From Nemertoderma westbladi (Eukaryota > Animalia > Xenacoelomorpha), in NCBI GenBank assembly GCA_032718475.1, contig JAUCBJ010004144.1, positions 144,355-208,354 of the forward strand: DNA of 64,000 nucleotides. The letters are read 5' to 3'. Shown piece after piece: positions 35,713 through 47,900 of the stretch; position 1 is the stretch's first letter, and every line of letters begins with the position of its first letter. The notes beneath the pieces are model-generated. The model was not told the DNA's origin and did not search any database. It saw only the letters and a program-made list of their open reading frames with translations. The position numbers and the translations under genes are program-made.

Positions 35713-37369
35713 CGCTTAAGGTGTCATTTCTATTCAAAATTCTAGGCGTAGTGACATTCCCAGGATTACATTTCACTGTATCTCTTAAAATGTTAATTAA
35801 TTGTGCTTGGGCATCGAGCTGCTTTTCCATCTCATTAACCTTGGCATTTATATCATGTGTATAATTAGGTTCACCGTTCGAATATTGAAGACCATTCCCT
35901 TCCTGGTGAACTTCAGTTCCTTTTGTGTTCATTGGTATTCTGGGCATATTAAACCGCACTTCTTGAGTTCCCTTGGGCACAAAGCTCGCATTTACCTCGA
36001 GGGAATGTGCCCGAGGATCAGTTGGGTAAACTCTATGAGAGTCACCAAAAAGTCGATTTTCCTTAAGAGGTTGAGTCTGATAAAAATACTTTGGCCGAGT
36101 GGTGCGAGACCTGGTGGTATCATTCCAATCAGAACTTCCCAAAGGCATCTTTGAAGCTTCATTGGTGGCAATCTCTGCCACATCTTTATGACTCCTGGTC
36201 TCCCTATCATCCTCTCTTACTGTAACTTCCACCTGATTAATAGAAACTTGTGGACTCGCCACTTTCCATGGTGTAGAATCGACTACTGCAGTTACTGGTA
36301 ATAAATCACCTAACCGGGTTGAAGCAAAGTTAGGGACAGCAGTTTTTAACTCTTGGGAGAGTCGCAGTTCTTGACTGGGTTGTTGAGCTAGTTTGTCTCT
36401 CACTCCTATTAATGTCCTTTCTGTGCTTTGTCTCCGCTTTCTAGGGGTTGACCCAACTGAGTTGGCGCTGGAACAATGACTAGATTGAACACAATATGAT
36501 AGTGCAAGTTCCTTTTCTAATTTCAAGGAGTTTAACTTCTTCCGGGATTCCAGCTCATCACGTTCCTCCTGCATACGACGCTCAATATCGGCTTGTCGCT
36601 TCCTTTCAATATTTTCTCGAAGTCTCTCCTCGCTTTCACGTTGCTCTATTTCCTGGGTGAGTGCCAATTTTTCTTTCTCATATCGTTTCCGAATAGCCTC
36701 GGCTTCGATTTCTGCTTCTATTTCCGCTTGTAATCGAGCAGCTTCCTTTAGCTGCTGTCTTTGTAAACGAGAAGCAGATGATACCATGGATCCATCACTT
36801 GATTCGATATTGTTAATGGGCGTTTGAATTCTTTCGCTCTCAAAATGTGGTAACTCAGGTGGAGTAACTCCTGTTCGGCCAAGTATAGTGTTATAAACTG
36901 AATGTGTTCATTGTAACTGCCTTCTGACATGAGATCGTGCTTTATCAACCAAGGCTGGCAGTTCCATGTATTTGCCATACCGCTCAAAGAGTTGGACAGT
37001 ACACAAAGCTCTATCGAACCTTGGTTGTATCGCCGCGTAAAGCCGTTTGCCTGTTTCTGGTGAGAGAGAGGTTGGCGAAGATGACAAGTTTACACTGTGT
37101 TGTTGGATGTAGCGTGTGTATGCTGCTGAATAACCGCCTAGTGAACGAGTAATAGACTCAATATCTTTGTCTGGGTCGAATCCGGCGGCACGCATTTCAG
37201 ACAGAATCACAGTAATTTCATCACGATAATGGGATGATAAATTGTCTAAAGAAGGCTGGACAGAGACAGGAGGGATTGTTTCAACAATTGTTGAATCATG
37301 GGGACCTAGCTGTTCATCCGCCTCAACCTCAATTTCACTAAAAGAAAGGCCAGATTCATTCGTGGCCAT
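35713..37369 (-). pseudogene. gag: Truncated, frameshifted gag (ORFs 36908-37369 and 35621-36787)
   Basis: The motif ITRSLGGY matches A (IRSIGGH) and B (KRSTAGY), followed by a charged coiled coil. The last ~30 codons of the called ORF run into the unrelated repeat at 35300-35712. Confidence 0.6.
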
Positions 37370-38900
37370 TTTGTTTAATTACTGATTTATAAGGTTAAAT
37401 TAGGTAAGGCCTATGTTAAATACAGTACCGGTAGTAACAGGCCTAAAATATTATGTATATACCAGTATATTGATATATAGTAGGCCTAGGCCTAAAGCAG
37501 TAAAGTACCAATACTAATAACTAAAATAGTACCGGTAGGCCCAAGGTACAAAGTTACCGGTACCGGTATGATCTGATATATATATATAGTATGCAGGCAG
37601 GCCTAATTAGAAGTACAGAACTACAGAAGTACCGGTAATCAAATGGAAGCTTAATTTAATATTATAATACCGGTAGTTTATTACTAGGCTCACAGATTTC
37701 AAATACCAGTAGCGCCACCAGCACAATTCTGCAATTTGCCGCCTGTTACAGTCGTACAGTGTTATACTTACCGGTAATATATTTAACTTTGAATTATTAC
37801 CGGTATAAATAAATAAATTTTGTCACCCGATCAGAACTGACTCGGCAAAATGATTTAATAAATAGAACCCCACACACACTCCAGATAAACACATAAAATG
37901 TACCGGTATCGGTCTGCCGGTATGGTACAGAAACTGGAGAGCAAAAGCTGAAAGTGGGTCGCCCAACGCTGCAACGTATGTCAGTATGGCGTATGGCTAA
38001 CTAGCACCATGTAGGCCTACAGCAGTAGGTATCCGGTACGGTACCATATGTAACCTAGTGTCAGTATCAGTACACACACACGCAGGGCAGTTCTTTATTT
38101 ATGGCAGGCTATAGAAGAACAGAAGAACTGCTAAATCAGAACTCCTTTGTTAATATAAGAATGGCCACCTGGGTTTGATCCGCAGGAAACACAAACTCGG
38201 GGGAGAGACGAAAGACTCTCCCTTTAAATCGGGATTTGGCTAACCCAAAATGGAAGGTTCCGTTAAACTCACGGGTTCTGGCTGTCTGATTTGGAACTTA
38301 CCTCTTACCTGAAGAAAAAATGTCTGTATCTACTAATTCCGAAAGTATGGTCGGTAACTGTTCAGACACAAGAGCTGAGGATACAAATAAACAACAGAAA
38401 AAGGTGTCTGGCTTCCGCTAACTCGTAGAGAGAACGGGGACAGAGCAAAAATGCACCTCAAAACCGAGACTGTAACCAGGTAACCGAGCACTTCAATAAA
38501 CACTCCGCCAACGTCGTCACGTTATTGGCTAATTGGCGGAAGGGGAAAAACGTAAATAACAAACCAAAGATCAATGATAAGCTAGGCTTTATTCACTATT
38601 CAGTCAGTCAGTTATTATCAGATTATCAACGATAGACTGCAATTTACAGAGTGCTTTAACGAAGGCCAAGCCTTGCACTGCAATTTACCCGTGAACACGT
38701 TAACAAAGGACTAGTTCCTCCCGACATCAATAACAACAATATTCCAAAATACTGAAACACCGGTAGTGTACTACCTACCACAGTATTGCTGTACTGAACA
38801 AACAAAGTCAGATAGTGCTTTTACGAAGGCCAAGCCTTACACTGCAATACCGGTATCGGACATTTTGTCATCTAAGATACAGTAGAAAGTGGACGGATAG
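35713..38900 (-). mobile_element. Element D: 5' fragment of a related BEL/Pao element (promoter/leader plus N-terminal gag), 3'-truncated
   Basis: Minus-strand gag-like ORFs preceded by a long leader rich in TACCGGTA/TAGGCCTA, like the leader of B. Minus-strand CCAAT boxes near 38524-38536. Confidence 0.6.
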
Positions 38901-38910
38901 GCAGATATTT

Positions 38911-40527
38911 TCATATTGACGGTTCGGCTAAGTACCAAGGACAGTCCCTCAACTCTGAGCTATTACCCGGACCCAACTTGTTACAATCTTTGCCCAGGAT
39001 ACTGATACGCATGAGACAATACGCGTTTGCTTCGGACATAGAGGGTATGTATCTGCAAGTGAAAGCCTTGGCCATTGACAGGGACAGCATGCACTTTTTG
39101 TGGTAGACAGAAGGTGACTTGAATTCCAATCCAGTTGAGTATCGTATGACTATACAGGCGTTCGGTATCATCTCCAGCCCTTCTAACTCGTGCTCAGTGT
39201 TACACCGGACAGCTGATGATCATCGGGATGAGTTCCCACCATCCGTCGTAGATAATATCAAAAGAGATATTTACATGGACAATAACTTAAAATCAGCTCC
39301 GATGGTTAAGGAGGCCATAGACATTGCCCAAGGGACAGTCAACTGTCTGAAGCTTGGAGGATTCCGCCTGACGAAATTTACCAGTAATTGTCATGAATTC
39401 CTGAAGGCCATACCTCCCGCAGAGTGTGGCGATACAGAGCTCGACTTAAAAGAATCTGAAGAAACTGCCAGAAACTAAGACATTAGGGCTCCGTTGGTTG
39501 ACTGAAAGTGACACTATGGTGTTTAAAGTTAAGCTAAGAAAGGGCGACACTTGAACTAAGCGCATTTGCCTCAGCATACTCAGCACTTATTTCGACCCCC
39601 TCGGCTTTATTAGCCCAGTTATACTGCTGGCCCAAGACCTAGTTCAGCGTATGTGGAGGGAAAACGACAGTTGGGAAGACCCCCTGACAGGGACACTCCT
39701 AGAGGACTGGTGGAAATGGGAACGGTCCTTACCTGACCTAGAAAGGTTCTCCTTACCCAGGGCATACTTCCCAAATGTAGATTCCCTGCAGACTTATGAA
39801 CTCCATGTGTTTGGTGACGCGAGCGACAAAGGTATCGGGATTGTAGCTTACTTTAGATGTGAAACCTTAGATGATGTCTCAGCATTGGTTGCCTCAAAGG
39901 CTTTGATAAGACCAATCGCCAAGACAAAAGACACCCTAACTATTCCCCGAGCCGAACTTAAGGCGGTCATATATGCCACTATCATCCCTAAGAATGTGTT
40001 AGCAGCACAGACAGACTATAAGGTAATAAGGACAGTTTACTGGACAGACTTCACTACTGGACAGGCTGCATTTAGAATATCTGACCAGCACGACATGCCA
40101 GTTCAGTGTATATGTGATGAACCGTGTGGCACGAATATTGAAAGAAACAAGTGTCGATCAGTGGATGCACTGTCCAGGATTGCATCCACTGACATTGCGT
40201 CTCGCGGTGCCACCCCCCAGGAACTGCTAGATGCTAAGTGTTGGTTACAGGGCCTTGTCTTTTTGCGAGGCCCTGAGAATAGTTGGCCCCCAAACTTAAC
40301 ACCTGCAGAAATAAGGCAACAAGCAAAGGGTGCGAAAATTGCTAAGTCTAAGAACAAAGCGTCTAAATCAAAACTATTCAGAAATATAGACATATCTTCA
40401 CTGCATGTACATGAGAATATAAGCCAACAAAGCCCCCCAGACAGTGAAGCCCTTATTACCCTTTCAGTTCCAGATTTGGCTGGCGGCCTTTCACCGCTCA
40501 TTAGCAAAGCCATGGACCATTACAGTT
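38911..40527 (+). pseudogene. pol: Element C pol: RT and RNase H fragment
   Basis: DGSAKYQGQSLNSELLPGPNLLQ, IYMDNN (mutated YxDD), LHVFGDAS and DIASRG, with several stops and frameshifts. Confidence 0.92.
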
Positions 40528-41679
40528 TGTTCGCGCTTTCAGACCTTTAGCAGTTTAACCTGCCAAATTGGGGTGTCTTCTAGATAATAGATCGTCTTTA
40601 GCCTATGACAAGTATTTGATACACTACATTAGCCGAAGCCAGTCTATGCGCGATCATTCACCCGCTGGATATACCCGGGAGACTGGATTCGGAAGCCTAA
40701 CCGTATTGCAGGGTAGGCCTACTGTATTATTCGACTGATCGTAATATATATAATCTCTGACAAATATTATTCACTTTCGGGAAATATTAACAGTTCCTTT
40801 AGGACGTGGCGCTTTAAATATATAAACAGAGTTATGACTTAAACTAGACACAACGGGATGGCTATAGATTCACGTATATGGCGCATTCTTTAGGAGATGC
40901 TTTGTTATCAATCACAATCATACACAATACTGCACAATGCTGCACACTAATCTGCCGACCTTCACTAATTTTAGTCACATATAAGGAGAACAACAGACAA
41001 TACGTGTAGGGCCTATAAAATAGCATTAGATTCACTTCAAACCACTTAATGTAAGTCGCAATCGTTATATGTATCCGGTCTCTCTAACCTTTAGTATATC
41101 AAGAAGATTGGGGTGTCTGATTATTTATCAGTATTCCAAATATAATATTCCATCAACAAATATAATGAATAACCGACAGTAAATAGCAGTAAAATGTTAA
41201 GTTAAGTTATGTGAGTAATGATTGTTTTGTATGATAACAGATATACGTTCTATAATTAAGCCTACTAATGTTGAGCTAAAGACTGAAACACGGAGGTTCC
41301 AAAGCCGGTGTTCTTAGGCTGTGGACAAATCACATACTCACTCAACTCCACGAGTTTCTATATACCATCTCCAACACAGAGGCAAAAAACACTCTGATTG
41401 GTCGACCGAACAAAGAAGGAACAGAGAACAAAGAACAAGCTCCACGTGTACAGCTCAGCTGTTAGCCGTCGTCATGGTAGCTACACTGTTTCAAGAGGAT
41501 CCAGCGTATTGCGTCATAAAATTGTTAATTATGTCCGCTAAAGTACACATACAGCAGAAATGGCTTTTATGTCCTCTAAAACAACAGTACAGTAAGGACA
41601 CGGCCCTTTATGCCTGTTAAACCAACTACAGAGTACTTTACGGGGAAAATAACCAGCTAATTACGCAAAAGCCTTTACA
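40528..41679 (-). repeat. 3' LTR of element B (1152 bp)
   Basis: TGTAAAGG...CGCGAACA on the minus strand; direct repeat of 55414-56461. Confidence 0.95.
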
Positions 41680-41687
41680 CCGCTCCC
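41680..41687 (-). promoter_or_regulatory. Polypurine tract of element B (GGGAGCGG)
   Basis: Plus-strand ccgctccc adjoins the LTR. Confidence 0.85.
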
Positions 41688-41705
41688 AGAAAATGGGATT
41701 TAAGT

Positions 41706-43288
41706 CTATAAAATATAACAAATCACAGTTTCTAAAATATAAAAATACTCTAAACAGTTAGTCTTTCTTACGCGGACGGCGTTTACGCAGTTTTTTGAGG
41801 CTAGCAAGAGTCCTTTTCTCTTTGGGGCGAGCCACTTTACTAGGAGGGCTGTAACTCCTGGGTGAAGGGTGCAATACAATTGCATCAGAAGGTTTAGGAT
41901 TACGATCGGTGTATCCGCCGTTTCGATATGCTTCTCCTCGAGCTGATTTTCCTCCGCTCGTAGCTGGATACGTTCATCCAAAAACTCTCGCAGAGAATAG
42001 GGTCGTCCAAGTTCGATAACTTCTTAGAGATTCTGGATTTCCCGATCGAACTGAGATAAAGTTACTTTGTTTACCGCTTGGACTTGCTAGTGCAATTTAC
42101 GTTTATCTGAACAAGCGTAAGTTCCTTTTCTGATCTTTGTAGAATAGCGTCTAACTCATTTGGTACAACGCTCTCCGCCACTTTGGTGACAGGTTATATC
42201 GTGTTAAGCCGGGACGATGGTAAGGGTTAAGCGGCGATATTAAATGTCCGCGTCCCAATCCGGCTAGGTAGGATGGGCTAATATCTGGGAAGCCCACAAC
42301 CGGGGTGTCACCGACTAATTGTTCAGGTAACACTAGATCTTTGAACAGTGAGTACAGCTCGGGAGGATCCGTCATACTAATAGGATCAAGAGTCTGAGGT
42401 CTCACTAGGGAAAGAGGAGGTCTGATCGAGTATTCCGAAACCTGATCATTGGTTTATTTAAGGATCGTCTGAGTCGAACGAGCGTAGGTGATACGTCAAA
42501 CAAATTTTGCTCGAAACTCCCGCAAGTATAGCGAGTAAAACCGTGTTTAGTGCAACGTCTCTGCGGATGTTTAGGTCTTTCCGTTTGTTGGTTGGGTCTA
42601 GGACATTCATTGCAATAATACCAAAGACGCACGTCTTGTAGGGGAAACGCGAGTGATCTTTCTCCAGCTTACAATATTCCTCCATCCGTTCGAAGCTATC
42701 CGGTACAACAGGTAGCGGTCAATCGGCGGTAAGATACATCATAGTGGAATAGAGCCGTTTGAGTTCTACCATGCAGTCATGATGTATACCTTGAGGATAT
42801 CGAGTTTCTAGATTCTGTTGACTGGTAATATCGAGATAGGTTTCTCTCAAGAATTCCAGGTATTTGGTGAAGTTGCTGCGTTTATCCGGCTCTTCAACAT
42901 CTGCACTTTCGAGTTGGTTTCGAATAGAATTTTTGTGTTCGAGTCTCAGTTTATCGTTCCGCCTCCGCTGGGTATGATATTTAAATAAAACCATTTCCCT
43001 TTTGCTGTCTATATCGTTCGTATCGTGTAGGTCGATAGGATGACCAGTAGTTAAGAAGTCCATATACGTACCATTACGATGCGTATAGCGAGCGGTGAAT
43101 TTTCTACAGTCCAACCCACGCGCAAGTTGCTCCCGGGACATTGGCGGTTAGATATAACGACCATCGTCCTCCGTAGTAGTTGGACCAGCGTCGCCGCGTA
43201 TCAAGCTATCAACAAACGTTTGTAAAGGTAGAGTATATTGCTCCCTGATACCAAGATCATCTTCTATCAACTCAATCATATCTGCCAT
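41706..43288 (-). pseudogene. Accessory ORF2 of element B, fragmented
   Basis: ATG 43288 is in frame with 42719-43141 across one TAA. ELKRLYSTMMYLT and LWYYCNEC...RCTKH are homologous to A and C. Confidence 0.78.
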
Positions 43289-44923
43289 ATAAGTTTATCC
43301 ATATTATAATGAGTTTATATTTAGGCGAGCGGGCGTCGCTGCCTACCCCTCTCTGCCCCCGGACAGTGCGAGATCCTCAGCGCTGGTGTACTTTCGCCGA
43401 TGTGCCTATCGCCAACGTCGTAGCTGCACAACGACTACAACAACCAGCACGAGTCACTCCACCGTCCGTCCCAAAGGCTTAGATATACTTCAGGTTCTTA
43501 CTGGAGAGTTAGGGCTACTTTCACAATTGCGACTCGCTACTGTAAACACAGCTTAGTAGTAACATTCACCTACAAACGCACAAATTCCACGTAACTGTCA
43601 CAAATGATACAAATTCTATCACACATTCGGGTCATTTGTCCGTTAGTCAAGTGCCTTCCAGAATGTCATGTTGTTATTATGTATCCTTGGATACTAGCAG
43701 TGCGCTATTTATTCCCTATGCTATTCAATGAGCAAGCTTTTTATTGTTCTTTTAACTCACTTCCAATTCTAGCGTGGTTGTTGCCATGGTGACATTATGG
43801 AAAGCTAGCGGTAGAATTAGGGTAATTCTCATGCATACAGATCTGGGATGCTATTTAATAGTAATTCTTTAATTGTCAATATCCTCTCTATACATGATTT
43901 TATGAATTTTATCGGCTATTAACTATATTGGAGATTCTCGCACACTAATACACTTAATAGAGTGAATCTCCGCTCCCATGATCTATTAATTAATGGAATT
44001 TTGGGAATGTTATAAATTGTATAAAAATAACAATTTATTAAATTCATTGAAATATATGAATTTAAATTTATTCCCGTAAATTTTATTATTTAATGTTAAA
44101 TAGATGTAATTTTATTCCAGAACGTGTCTGGGGACTGGGATCCTAAATTCTAGGAATTTTGTCTTTTTAAGAGTATCGGTAAGTGCCACGATACCTTAAT
44201 CGACTAGAATTTTAAAGGATCTAAAATTTGACAGATTTTGTAAATATTAATAATTAATATTTAGGATGGGCACCAGTTTATTCCAGAACTTGTCTGGGGA
44301 CGTTAACCACTGATTCTAGAATTTTGTCTTTCAAGTATATCGGTGGGTGCCGCGATATCTTAATCGACTAGAATTACAGATGGTCAAAGGGTTTAACAGA
44401 TTTATTTGCGTTGTACGCTACTGTTAAAGGGACATCACGCTACTATATGTATTATTTAATATACGGTATGAGAGCAATATCGCACGAAGCAATGTCAGTG
44501 AGAAGAGGCAAGTCGTTTCCAAGGTCTACCCAGAGCTTGGTTTAGCCGAGACACGAGGTTCTGAATTTTGCATTCCTAATACTCTGCCTACCAATAATAC
44601 TTAAATATAGTAGGAGCTTTATTGTACTTTAATAAGTACGGACATTTCATCTTACTGTAATTACGTATTTGTAATGTAATACGGACAGTAAGGAAAGAGA
44701 AAAAGAATTATTTCTCGCCGTCGCACTAAATATATAATATATAAGTAATTAAGTAATAAACGCGAATATATATTGCACTAATCTACTAAATAATCGCTAA
44801 AATAACGTTCTACTAAGTAAAATTAAAGAAAACGATTATAATAAAATTACATAATAATATATACATAAATATAAAAGAATAAAACAAATATAAAATCTAG
44901 TCATACACCCACTCCAGCCGTCG

Positions 44924-47900
44924 TTAAGTTGGGGAGTCCCTAGATGTTTGTTGGATTAGGGAGGTGGTCGTGGGAAGAGTATCTTGCCTCCCATAGTTTC
45001 CGGAGAGTTCTCTGTCTCTTTCCAGTAAACATAAGCGACCAACTGGGCGATTGAGCTGCTGTGTCTCAAAGACAATTCCCGGTTTCTTGAAGTTACGTCG
45101 CATGACGACGAGTTCTACCGATCGCACCAAACCATCATCCGAGATGTGAGTCTCGATGATACGACCTGTCTGCCACCGCTTACGTGGAAGATCTACATCC
45201 ACAATAAGAACCATGTCTCCAGCGCTGACGTTTTCTTGCTGCGCAAACCACTTAGTTCGAAGTTGTAGCGTGGGCAGATAATGTTTTTCGAAATGGTCAG
45301 CGAAACGACGGGATAACAACTGCATGAGTTGCCAAGTTTGCCGGCAGTATTCGTCTCCGTCTGTGATTTCCGATTGTGGGAGCATGGCTACAGGTTTCTT
45401 CAGTAGGAAGTGCGCGGGTGTTAGCGCTTCTAGGGAATCGGGATTCGATGAGACTGGCATAAGTGGTCTCTCGTTGAGATAGACGGCGATTTCCTCCATT
45501 AACGTCCGCAAAAGTTCGTCGGTGAGATACGCGCGGCAAGGCACTATAAAGTGAAATGCGGTCTTCACACTTCTTATTAATCTCTCCCAACTTCCTCCCC
45601 ACCAAGGGGCGTCGGCGGCGTTGAAGGTCCAGCTAGACGCTGTTACTCGTAGCTGATCGTCCACCTGTCTTTGGTTCCAATCTTTGACGTAAGCTTTGAT
45701 TTCATTGTTGGCACCAATGAAGTTTGTTCCCTTATCAGATCTCATCGTGTTACTAGTGCCAAAGCGAGCGATCTGTCGTCGAAAGCTTAATAGAAAGCTG
45801 TTGGTAGATAAATCGTTCACCATGTCGAGATGGATAGCTCTACAAGTCATACAAACAAAGATGACACACCATCTCTTGACTATAGTCCTAGCACGATATA
45901 CTTCAATGGGGCCAAATAAATCCACACTGGTATTAGTAAAGGGTGGTTCATAGAAGCTTACTCGTTCCCTAGGTAATTCTGCCTCTCGCTGTGTTAAAGG
46001 CCTACTGAATGCTTTCCTACAGGGTATGCAGTTCCTAAGAACTTGGTTCAGAGCTCTACCAGGTTTATAAAAATAATAGCGAGTTCGAATTTCGCTAAGA
46101 ACTCGTTCCCTACCAGCATGATAAAGTTTGCTGTGAACATCTACAATCATCTTGACTTGTATTTCAAGATTTCTAATGAGTATGGGAAACTTAGTGTCAA
46201 AGGATAATGGAGCATTCGTTAATCTTCCTCCAACACGTATCAACCCATCTATCATTGTGCTAGAGAAACGATCCCTTAAGCGCATCTGTGGATTTCTCAA
46301 CAACAGGAAATACTTATCGGAATCCTCATAGCATTGCAGGAGTCTCAGCATCTGCTTGTTGGTTTCTTCATGCTCCTGATAACTGATCTTCTCCTTCAGA
46401 AACCTGTCGGGTATCTTATATTTGGGAAGATCTTTAATAACATGGACCTGCACTGATGTTATTGGAGCGGTATCACCTTTGGCCTTCATCCCGGAGTAGT
46501 GATGGTGAAAACATCTCTTTAAATATTTAACGGCCTTGCAGAGCCGATTCCAGGAACTGTAGTGATGTATCGCTCTCTGCAGAAGAGGTGAGAGTCCTTG
46601 CGAGACGTCTGGTATTCCAGATTTCCAATCCTTCTCACGGATTTCCACAACAAGCTTATTTGTGGCTGTTGGTTTCTGATCCAAAGCGTCGTCTCTGGAA
46701 GTATGTAGTACAGACAGATCTACCATAGGTTTGAATAACTTCGATTTACTCGCCCGAGTTTTAGGTTTGACTTTCTCCGCTCCCTTGGCCTGTCTAATCT
46801 CTGCGGTAGTAAGATGAGGAGGCCATTCTTCTTCTTCTTTGTACAGGAAGTCGGGTCCACCTAGCCAGTCTGGAGTATCTACCAGTTCTTGTGGAGTTGC
46901 TCCCCTGGAGGCGATGTCTGCTGGATTAATCGTTCCGGGGCAATGTCTCCATTGATCCATCGTTGTGCGACTGAGTATAATGGCTACTCTGTTGGTAACG
47001 AAGACGCTGAACTGACAGACTTCATTGGTTATATACTCCAACACGAGTAAAGCGTCGGTCCAATAGACAGTTTTCTCCAGTGGATAGTCGATCTGTTCTG
47101 TTACATTCCGGCCGATGGCTGTAGCGTATAGAGCCGCTTTTAACTCCGCTCGAGGAACTTTCAACTTATTGTTTATTAATGCCTTAGAGGTAACCAAGGC
47201 GACTTTGATTCCGTCCGGAGTTTCCACCCTTAGGTAGGCTACTATACCTATTCCCATATCGCTGGCGTCTCCAAACACATGGAGTTGATAGGAATACGTA
47301 GGGAGAACATGACCAAAATATGAACGGGAAATTATAAAGTTCTCGATAGCTGGTAGAGAATCTTCCCATTTCATCCACTTCTTTAATAATTCTCCCTTAA
47401 GTGGATCGTCCCATGAGTGGTTTTTAAGCCACATTTGTTGTACTAAACTCCGAGCAATCAATATAACTGGGCTAATAAATCCCAATGGATCGAAATAAGT
47501 GCTCAGGATACTTAAACAAATCCGTTTAGTCCGAACTGGATTATCTCGCTGTTTTAGTTGGAAAAACAGGATATCTCTTTCTGTGTCCCATTTCAAACCA
47601 AGGGTCTTAGTTTCTGGGAGATCATCTTTTATTAGATCCAGGTCTTTCGCTCCTCGATCTTCTACCGGGATCGACTCCAGAAACTCACGGGAGTTGCTGG
47701 TGAATTTAGTTAATCGAAATCCACCTCTTTTTAAGAACTCTACCGTTCCTTTAGCGACGTCAATGGCTTCTTCGACTGATGGAAGGGACTTTAGATTGTC
47801 GTCCATGTATATATCCCGCTTGATGTTGTCAATCACCTCTTTAGAGAAGGCGTCTCGGTTGTCATCCGCAGTGGTGCGCACCACTGAACAGGCGTTTGAA

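Noticed and set aside
38138-38716. Self-primer pair in element D (TCCTTTGTTAA / TTAACAAAGGA)
   Set aside because: D has no second LTR to fix the boundary, and the partner lies upstream of the predicted promoter, so it cannot be evaluated.
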